Translations under genes and position numbers: made by a program
Assembly: GCA_964491925.1 (NCBI GenBank)
Contig: CAZBGZ010000001.1
Span: forward strand, 701-64,700
DNA length: 64,000 nt
Source: an uncultured Candidatus Saccharibacteria bacterium
GTDB taxonomy: Bacteria; Patescibacteriota; Saccharimonadia; Saccharimonadales; JAGQNJ01
Direction: 5' to 3'
The notes under the pieces: model-generated
Database searches by the model: none
Seen by the model: the letters and a program-made list of their open reading frames with translations, nothing else
Told to the model about the DNA's origin: nothing
Shown here: piece after piece, positions 17,946 through 23,962 of the stretch
Position numbering within the stretch: position 1 is the stretch's first letter
How the letters are laid out: each line of letters begins with the position of its first letter

Positions 17946-18221
17946 TTAAAATAAACTCTCTTTAAAAACCGTTATTTTTGACCTACTCAGGTTATTGTTA
18001 GTGTATTGTAAGTTTTTGTAATCCATTTCAAAGATTGAATATCCTTGTGATTGGTATTTCTCAACGCTTTCCTGATTAGCAAATATATGCACTGCGACAC
18101 CGCCTTGATTGTGGCTTTCTAGTGAAGACCTCGCCAACTGCGTAGTGGTTAGATGTACAGGCAAATTCAAAGATTTGCATATATGCACGATCTATAGTGA
18201 TGACTTTTGAGATTTACGACC
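17946..18221 (-). pseudogene. decayed, 5'-truncated copy of the methyltransferase-like gene
   Basis: The 80-aa track ORF aligns with the C-terminal third of 13555..14166 (GVAVHIFANQESVEKYQSQGYSIFEMD versus GVAIHFYADKAAVKNFAKNGYDLFEVD). Homology continues upstream through an in-frame TAG (GRKSQKSSL*IVHICKSL versus CRKKLPKKFDFVYSHILL) and then stops. Confidence 0.6.
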
Positions 18222-18234
18222 CTAGTGTAAGGTA

Positions 18235-18612
18235 TTGCCAAATGCTAGAATCAAAACAATGAGTAAAGAAAAAGAAATAATTTTCGAAAGCCCAATAAAA
18301 AGCCGGCTTCTATACGAAATTGGTTTTTGGTGGCATTTAGTAGTATGGCTGCCCGTTTATTTACTTCCGTTTATATTACCCCTGAAAACTGGGATAATCG
18401 TATTCGTGTTATATAAGATTCATGTTTTAGTGTTTGAAGGGTGTGTTTTTACTCGCATACAACAAAAGATGGGCATATTGCCATCTGGATTGGATTATTA
18501 TTCTGCTGTGTTCGCTAGAATATTTAAATACCCGTTAAGTCATAGGCAATCCTACTACATTAGCGAACTTACAGATATGTACTTTTTAACAGTTCTTATA
18601 ATCAGCAAATAA
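18235..18612 (+). CDS. small multi-TM protein, paralog C
   Basis: 125 aa from TTG, or 117 aa from the ATG at 18259. About 40% identical to paralog A. Confidence 0.6.
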   Translation: MPNARIKTMSKEKEIIFESPIKSRLLYEIGFWWHLVVWLPVYLLPFILPLKTGIIVFVLYKIHVLVFEGCVFTRIQQKMGILPSGLDYYSAVFARIFKYPLSHRQSYYISELTDMYFLTVLIISK

Positions 18613-18643
18613 GCCCTGTCCGTACTTTAACCAAAAAGCAGGA

Positions 18644-18672
18644 TTGGTATTTTATATAACCACAAGTAATAT
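18644..18672 (+). promoter_or_regulatory. sigma70-like promoter TTGGTA-N17-TAATAT upstream of the 43-aa ORF
   Basis: Hexamers at 18644-18649 and 18667-18672 with a 17-nt spacer. Confidence 0.4.
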
Positions 18673-18714
18673 GTTATTATTACTATGTTTAAAATTAAAA
18701 AGAAAGGAAATAAC

Positions 18715-18846
18715 ATGCCTTACACAGTTAGATACGCTAGAGCAAAACCATCAAATTCCACTGCCTTTGGTTGGGCCTGGGTTAAAGTTGGTACTGGCGC
18801 CAATGGGCTTTACAGGTGGCAAATACGTAGACGCAATGTTAGATAG
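18715..18846 (+). CDS. small cationic Trp-containing ORF, 43 aa (MPYTVRYARAKPSNSTAFGWAWVKVGTGANGLYRWQIRRRNVR)
   Basis: Hand-found, in a different frame from track ORF 18644..18859. SD AAAGGAAA lies upstream of the ATG. Shares the 9-mer TACAGGTGG (YRW) with the 76-aa ORF. Confidence 0.45.
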   Translation: MPYTVRYARAKPSNSTAFGWAWVKVGTGANGLYRWQIRRRNVR

Positions 18847-18981
18847 AAATACGCTATGAACCTAAGCTGAACGTATTCAGGAATGTATGTTCTATTATAT
18901 AAGTAGCTAGTTGTTATTTGAATAACTGCCTCGGGTTGCTCTCTTGCTCGAACATTTGTAGTTTCAAATTTAAAGAAGCAA

Positions 18982-19020
18982 CTATTAAAATATCCTGATT
19001 TGTTCAGGATATTTTAATAG
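18982..19020 (-). terminator. 17-bp perfect hairpin abutting the displaced tRNA-His 3' fragment (probable original tRNA-His terminator)
   Basis: CTATTAAAATATCCTGA / TCAGGATATTTTAATAG arms with a 5-nt loop, ending exactly at the 21-nt repeat. Confidence 0.5.
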
Positions 19021-19041
19021 TGGGGTGGCTGATGGGAATTG
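19021..19041 (-). repeat. exact 21-nt duplicate of the tRNA-His 3' end (att-like direct repeat)
   Basis: TGGGGTGGCTGATGGGAATTG at 19021-19041 is identical to 19209-19229. Confidence 0.9.
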
Positions 19042-19170
19042 GTCACTTCTAGCGACCCCTAAACTTCATCTTTGAAAACAAGTTTTCAAGAGAAGATTTC
19101 CTTGCGACATGCCATTCTGGGCATGTCTCACCCACGACCAGGCCGTGTGTTTATATTCCTATCACTATCT
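19042..19170. repeat. conserved non-coding element, copy C1 (most divergent)
   Basis: Shares with C2 and C3, in the same order: CATCT, the GAAAA-CAAG-TTTTC hairpin (19074-19087), and CACCCACGACC. Confidence 0.5.
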
Positions 19171-19208
19171 ATATTTATAAACCCTGAACAAGACAGGGTT
19201 TATAAATA
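19171..19208 (-). terminator. 15-16 bp perfect hairpin immediately 3' of tRNA-His
   Basis: ATATTTATAAACCCTG / CAGGGTTTATAAATAT arms with a 7-nt loop. Confidence 0.5.
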
Positions 19209-19286
19209 TGGGGTGGCTGATGGGAATTGAACCCACGACCTTCGGTACCACAAACCGACGCTCTAACCAACTGAGCTACAGCCACC
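19209..19286 (-). tRNA. tRNA-His (anticodon GUG) with encoded G-1 and CCA
   Basis: Hand-folded: G-1 plus acceptor GTGGCTG/CAGCCAC, discriminator C, anticodon arm TCGGT-TTGTGGT-ACCGA, T arm GTGGG-TTCAATT-CCCAT. Confidence 0.92.
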
Positions 19287-19348
19287 ATGAACAGAGGTGA
19301 TTATAACTCAGATTAACCTCTGTTACAACTTAAATAATGACTTACTGA

Positions 19349-19475
19349 TTCGGGCAGGGTAATCGCACGACTGCATCTGTGCTCGAAACAAGTTTCTGCG
19401 CGTAGACTGGTCGACCGTACCAGCGACTACGGTATTTTCAAAAGAAAATCCCTGTCTCAGAACCTGATGTGCCAG
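19349..19475. repeat. conserved non-coding element, copy C2
   Basis: 19382-19427 matches 29481-29526 at 36 of 46 positions without gaps (hand count). Hairpin GAAA-CAAG-TTTC at 19385-19396. A 3' block AGAACCTGATG is shared. Confidence 0.6.
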
Positions 19476-19479
19476 AAGA

Positions 19480-19519
19480 CCATATAAAAAACCAACATCA
19501 AAGTATGTTTTTTATATGG
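19480..19519 (-). terminator. 13-bp perfect hairpin downstream of the 83-aa gene
   Basis: CCATATAAAAAAC / GTTTTTTATATGG with a 14-nt loop. Confidence 0.5.
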
Positions 19520-19557
19520 TGCAGCGTGATTGCTGAGATCAGAACTATACTGTTAAA

Positions 19558-19809
19558 TTAATCCTCGTTTTGTAGTTTCTTCAATGAGTCTTCAATGACT
19601 CGGATATAATGTTCTGCTACATTCTTTTGGTCGCCATAGTTTATAAGTTCGGATAGCTCAAAATAGCCATAGGAATCAAAGTTCAATTCGTGCTCTAAAG
19701 CCCAGCCTATGGCCGAAACCTTCTCGAGAACGGCTTCGCTATCTTTGTTCTCGTTGTACAGATTATACAATGCTTTGAGAATAGTGTAGTGTGGATTTGT
19801 TTTACTCAT
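19558..19809 (-). CDS. hypothetical small acidic protein (83 aa)
   Basis: Track ORF with no recognisable motif. Lies between tRNA-Arg(UCU) and element C2. Confidence 0.45.
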   Translation of the reverse strand: MSKTNPHYTILKALYNLYNENKDSEAVLEKVSAIGWALEHELNFDSYGYFELSELINYGDQKNVAEHYIRVIEDSLKKLQNED

Positions 19810-19868
19810 TCTTGCATTTTATCAAACTAAAAAGCACCCACAAACAGATGCTTTAAACATAAGCGAAT

Positions 19869-19945
19869 TGGTGCCCCGGGCAGGATTCGAACCTGCGACC
19901 TTGAGCTTAGAAGTCTCCTGCTCTATCCAGCTGAGCTACCAGGGC
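19869..19945 (-). tRNA. tRNA-Arg (anticodon UCU), CCA encoded, with an atypically weak anticodon stem
   Basis: Acceptor GCCCTGG/CCGGGGC, a normal D arm and T arm (GCAGG-TTCGAAT-CCTGC), and loop CTTCTAA. The anticodon stem GGAGA/GCTCA has only 3 Watson-Crick pairs (27:43 is G/A, 31:39 is A/G). Confidence 0.7.
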
Positions 19946-20028
19946 GTACAACAGAGGTATTTTATCATAGTTAAAGGAAATGAGAAGAATGTATGGTCAA
20001 TGATTGCTTGATTATGTATCCTTAGGGC

Positions 20029-20544
20029 ATGACTATTGCTGAAACACGAGGTGAGGCAAGATTTATCAAGATAGGGCAAGACGATACTCCGGATACTGCC
20101 GGGGCGGTTTTGAGCGAGCGTACAACGACTCCCAGTGATGAACTACTCGCTAAATTCGAATTGTTGCTCAAAGAGCACAAACGTCAGATGCCGTGGGGCC
20201 GAATACTAAAAATTATCGCCATTAGTAGTGTTTCGCTTGGCCTTACTACCGCAGGTGTAGGCATGTTTCTTATCAATAAGGCCGATAGTAAGATTACAGC
20301 ACAAAAAGAAGATTTATCTGCACAAGTTGCAGACCTACAGGTAACAGCTGATGCTGTTCAGGGATCCCTCGAAGAGATAGATATTCAGAGTTTAAACCGA
20401 CTAGGTCCTACCGGCGAACGGTTAGCAGACTCGTTGGGGGTACTAGGTGACCAACTAGGTTTTCTAGACAGTGATCCATGTAGCCAACCAGTAGAAGGCA
20501 CTCCTACTATGATTGATGGTTGGTGCCCCCCAGAAAATGAGTGA
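20029..20544 (+). CDS. hypothetical single-pass membrane protein (171 aa)
   Basis: Track ORF. One TM helix (ILKIIAISSVSLGLTTAGVGMFLI), then a coiled-coil-like region and a C-terminal Cys pair. Confidence 0.45.
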   Translation: MTIAETRGEARFIKIGQDDTPDTAGAVLSERTTTPSDELLAKFELLLKEHKRQMPWGRILKIIAISSVSLGLTTAGVGMFLINKADSKITAQKEDLSAQVADLQVTADAVQGSLEEIDIQSLNRLGPTGERLADSLGVLGDQLGFLDSDPCSQPVEGTPTMIDGWCPPENE

Positions 20545-20550
20545 AACACT

Positions 20551-20823
20551 CTATTCCCATTCTCCAGAAATAAGTTTTTCTTTCTTTTCTCTTGTCCAGC
20601 TTTTAAGCTGAAGCTCCCTTTTACGAGCCGTAGACTTATCAGGAAAAGATTTTGATACATAAACGAGCGTAAATTTTCCTTGGTCTTTTGCCATTTTTGA
20701 GCCTTCGCCTGAATTATGTTTTACTGTTCTTTTTTCAGGATCGGGCGAAATACCGACATAGTAATGCCCGGCGTTACTGTTGCAAATGTACACATACCAT
20801 TCTTGTGCTTTTTCGTTAATCAT
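20551..20823 (-). CDS. GIY-YIG nuclease superfamily protein (UPF0213-like)
   Basis: WYVYICNSNAGHYYVGISPDPEKRTVKHNSG ... ARKRELQLKSW. Confidence 0.75.
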   Translation of the reverse strand: MINEKAQEWYVYICNSNAGHYYVGISPDPEKRTVKHNSGEGSKMAKDQGKFTLVYVSKSFPDKSTARKRELQLKSWTREKKEKLISGEWE

Positions 20824-20976
20824 CTTAAAGGGGCCCTTCGACTATGCTCCCTTCGATAAACTCAGGGTAAACAGGGGCAATCGACTCACTTTTCATGTTA
20901 AACTAACCTAACTTTATATTTTGAGATTAATATTACAATTAGAATGGTTTACCATGAGCGAACGAAGTGAGTCGAA

Positions 20977-21051
20977 TGGTGCGGGATACCAGAGTCGAAC
21001 TGGTCTCCTCAGTTTGGAAAACTGATATATTAGCCGATATACGAATCCCGC
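20977..21051 (-). tRNA. tRNA-Gly (anticodon UCC), CCA encoded
   Basis: Acceptor GCGGGAT/ATCCCGC, anticodon arm TCAGT-TTTCCAA-ACTGA, 4-nt variable loop, T arm ACCAG-TTCGACT-CTGGT. Confidence 0.9.
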
Positions 21052-21096
21052 AGAACTCATTGATTATAACAGAGGCGATTGAACAAATACAGCCTT

Positions 21097-23517
21097 TTAC
21101 TTGCGCAGAGACAAGGCTTCTTTCAATTCTTGTACACCAAGCTGGATGGTCTGGCCGGGTTGCGCAGCACCCGACAATAACCGTTGCGCCACGATATTTT
21201 CTACTGCGCGCTGAACAACCCTTCGAAGTGGCCTTGCACCAAGGCGAGGGTCATAACCGGTTTCTACCAGTAGTTGTTTTGCATCGTCAGTCAGTGCCAC
21301 ATTTACCTTTCGTCCAGCCAACGTTTTGTTAATTGTTATTAACAACAAATCCACAACTTGCAGTAACTCTGGTTGTGTTAGTGGTCTGAATAATACTGTT
21401 TCATCAAAACGGTTCAAAAATTCTGGTCTAAAAATGTTAGACGATATTAATTCTTGGATAAAGTTCTCTTCGAAATCTTCTAGTTGTTCGCCTTTATCGA
21501 TGTGTGCGCGGATTTTATCGGCGCCCGCATTGCTAGTAGCGATAATGATTGAGTCTTTGAAGCTAATTGGTTTATTATCACTGTCCCGCAGGACGCCCTC
21601 ATCCAACATCTGCAATAACAAGTTCAGAACGTTCGGGTGAGCCTTTTCTATTTCGTCCAGCAGTACCACACTAAAAGGCTGTTTGGCTATTTGTGCACAC
21701 AGACTATAAGGATCAGTCGCCCCGACAGCCAAAAGCCGACTAGTGTCAGACGGACGTGAATATTCGTTCAGGTCAACACGAACCATTCGATTCTCGCCAC
21801 CAAAATATACCGAAGCCAGAGCTTTTGACAGCTCTGTCTTACCAACACCCGTTGGACCTAAAAATAGGAATGTACCGATTGGCTTGTTTTCATTTCGTAC
21901 CCCTGCCCTTGCTCGGCGCAAAGAATCACTAACTAGTTTCACTGCTCTGGTCTGGTTGATCATGCGCTCGTGTATTTTGTCTTCTAGGTTTAATAAGGTG
22001 TTCTTTTCTTCGACTGTGTTTGCGGTCTGTACCTTAACATCAAATGATTTCTCCACTGCCTGCTGTACTGATTGAGCTGTTATGAATATGTTTTGTTCTG
22101 GGAAACCAGCGGCTGCTTCCAGTAGCTTTATGGCCTTGCCAGGGAAAACCTGCTCATGTATGTATCTGTCACTCAGTCGATATGCTTCTTTCAGAGCCTG
22201 GTGCATATATACAACACGGTTTCGAGACTCTAGCAGCAAAACCTGATCTTCCATAACCTGAAATACATCGTGCTCTGGCAACGGCTTTACAGCGATGCGG
22301 TTCATTAACTGGGCCAATCCAGGATTTGTTTGTGATAGCCGTAGCCATTCCTGCTCTGTCAACGACAAAATTATCCGTAACCCACCACCCTCTATAACCG
22401 GCAATAACAAGCTAGACAAATCTACTGTTCCAGTACCGTCTTTCAAAAATAGTTGCGCCTCGTCCAAGAAAATAATGACGTTTTTGGCAGCCATAACCTC
22501 GTTGAAAACCCTGATTAACAATTCCTCCAGCTGACCACGGCCTTTGGCGTTAGCTATGAGGTTTGCAGCATCAAGCGTAACAACTTGATGATACTGCAAG
22601 GTTTTAGGAATAGTATTTTTCTCTTCTATCAATTTCTGTGCAAAAGCATACGCTAGGGTTGATTTCCCCACACCAACATCGCCAACTAGAACAGCATTCC
22701 GTCGTCCGGGTTGACTCATCAAATGCATCATTTGATTGATGTCGTCTATATGGCCATCAGTGACGCGCTGCAACAATCCGCCATTTTGTATACTTTCTGA
22801 CAAATTATAGCCAACCCTGTTTAGTAGCGGAGCCCAACCAAAACTAAGATCGCGACCAATCCCGCCAAAATTCCTTTTTTGTCGATGATAATCAATGACT
22901 TTGTCTATATGCGAATACCACTGCACGCCTTCGGCAATATCTTGGCCACCTACACGCAGTTCGGCCAACATCATGTCATGTGCAGGAATAGCCAAAATTA
23001 ATCCGGCAACAACGGCCGCCTGACTAATGATTGGTTGATCGGCCTGAATGCTGAGTTGTAGAGCTGTCTGCCATACCAGGCTAGATGTTATCGGGTCTGG
23101 GCTGGATTGTTTTAGCATCCCCTTGCCTGCGCCGTATCGCGAGCCATAGAAGAACCCACCTGGTAATCTTGACATTATTTCTGCGATAATGAGAGGCGAT
23201 ACTTCTTGAGGTAACTTGCCTAGCACCCTTCTATCCAAAACAGATGAAATCTCACTAGTAGACTTTATTAAATCACTAGGCTCTAACTGTGCAAGCTCTC
23301 CCGAATACCAGAACAGTAGGGTTCCAATAACACCCGGAGCGATTAGCAGCAGGTTGCCTGTTGCATCATGATAAATAAACATCGACCAGCCCCAACCTAC
23401 TAAAGCTGCGGAAGCGACGGCCCAGAGACCTTTGCGAAGAATGGCATTATCAAATAATAACGAGAACCTGGCCTTTTTTGCCCGTTGACTGTTGTAGTCA
23501 TAAGATAGACTATTCAT
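21097..23517 (-). CDS. membrane-anchored Clp/Hsp100-family double-AAA+ ATPase (ClpA/ClpC-like)
   Basis: 806 aa. Two N-terminal TM helices, a Clp_N-like repeat region, D1 Walker A GDVGVGKSTLA with IIFLDEA, and D2 GPTGVGKTELSKALA with VVLLDEIEKAHP. I could not find an IGF/LGF ClpP-docking tripeptide. Confidence 0.8.
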   Translation of the reverse strand: MNSLSYDYNSQRAKKARFSLLFDNAILRKGLWAVASAALVGWGWSMFIYHDATGNLLLIAPGVIGTLLFWYSGELAQLEPSDLIKSTSEISSVLDRRVLGKLPQEVSPLIIAEIMSRLPGGFFYGSRYGAGKGMLKQSSPDPITSSLVWQTALQLSIQADQPIISQAAVVAGLILAIPAHDMMLAELRVGGQDIAEGVQWYSHIDKVIDYHRQKRNFGGIGRDLSFGWAPLLNRVGYNLSESIQNGGLLQRVTDGHIDDINQMMHLMSQPGRRNAVLVGDVGVGKSTLAYAFAQKLIEEKNTIPKTLQYHQVVTLDAANLIANAKGRGQLEELLIRVFNEVMAAKNVIIFLDEAQLFLKDGTGTVDLSSLLLPVIEGGGLRIILSLTEQEWLRLSQTNPGLAQLMNRIAVKPLPEHDVFQVMEDQVLLLESRNRVVYMHQALKEAYRLSDRYIHEQVFPGKAIKLLEAAAGFPEQNIFITAQSVQQAVEKSFDVKVQTANTVEEKNTLLNLEDKIHERMINQTRAVKLVSDSLRRARAGVRNENKPIGTFLFLGPTGVGKTELSKALASVYFGGENRMVRVDLNEYSRPSDTSRLLAVGATDPYSLCAQIAKQPFSVVLLDEIEKAHPNVLNLLLQMLDEGVLRDSDNKPISFKDSIIIATSNAGADKIRAHIDKGEQLEDFEENFIQELISSNIFRPEFLNRFDETVLFRPLTQPELLQVVDLLLITINKTLAGRKVNVALTDDAKQLLVETGYDPRLGARPLRRVVQRAVENIVAQRLLSGAAQPGQTIQLGVQELKEALSLRK

Positions 23518-23897
23518 AAACTAACCCCTGCTACAAACAACACAATCCCAAGCCCAGGCAAAATCGGTATTAGCGGCCAAAAAACCATAAATAACAAACC
23601 ACTCACAAAAACAAGCGCAGAGCAGAGTAGTCCAGTAAAAATAATAAGGCTGCGTACAATAAAACCGATCACCCTAGATATAAACTTGTCAATGAACGCT
23701 CTTATATGTGCACCGATAGACCCACCTGCCTTGTCGACAAAAGTCTGCTTGAATGGCGCAAACCATGTACGAACTAGTTCAGAAATAGAAAAAGTATCCA
23801 TGCACCATTCTAGCCGCTGCACCACTGCCCGTTGCCATGCCCACCGCCAGCCTGTGCTGTACCACCAACGCAGACACAACCATATAATCATGAGCAT
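23514..23897 (-). CDS. small membrane protein translationally coupled to the Clp-like ATPase
   Basis: 127 aa, Trp-rich N-terminus, two C-terminal TM helices. Has a 4-nt overlap with the downstream ATPase start. Confidence 0.5.
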   Translation of the reverse strand: MLMIIWLCLRWWYSTGWRWAWQRAVVQRLEWCMDTFSISELVRTWFAPFKQTFVDKAGGSIGAHIRAFIDKFISRVIGFIVRSLIIFTGLLCSALVFVSGLLFMVFWPLIPILPGLGIVLFVAGVSL

Positions 23898-23962
23898 TAT
23901 TATATAGGACTTGGGCTTTTTTCGCTCAAAATGTAAAAACTTCTAACTTTTTTGTTTTTGTA

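Larger units (their letters stand above)
19042..19229. mobile_element. 188-bp miniature insertion (or island remnant) in the 3' end of tRNA-His, carrying element copy C1 and its own hairpin
   Basis: Bounded by the 21-nt direct repeat. Each repeat copy is preceded by a different long perfect hairpin. No ORF inside. Confidence 0.45.

Noticed and set aside
19349-19358. A fragment resembling the tRNA-Arg(UCU) 3' end (CGGGCAGG) at the edge of C2. This would suggest the 83-aa gene plus C2 form a third mini-island.
   Set aside because: The match is only 8 nt. The same bases also align with the head of copy C3, so the similarity may simply be part of the C-element family. It is not strong enough to call an att repeat.
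19450-19480. TPP (THI-box) riboswitch resemblance in element C2 (CTCAGAACCTGATGTGCCAG versus the consensus ...GAACCTGATCTGG.TAATGCCAGCG).
   Set aside because: Only the GAACCTGAT string matches. The CTGAGA and GGGGTGC elements are missing or in the wrong orientation, no thiamine-related gene is downstream, and the paralogous copy C3 lacks the string.
20967-21332. Track ORFs that overlap tRNA genes or are antisense to strong genes. Examples: 20967..21332 over tRNA-Gly; 40126..40398 and 40291..40680 over tRNA-Pro; 5412..5609 over tRNA-Arg; 160..492 antisense to folA; 15348..15860 antisense to the Pro-rich tail.
   Set aside because: They lie on top of well-supported tRNA cloverleaves or within or opposite recognisable conserved proteins. 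They have low-complexity or implausible composition and lack ribosome-binding sites.
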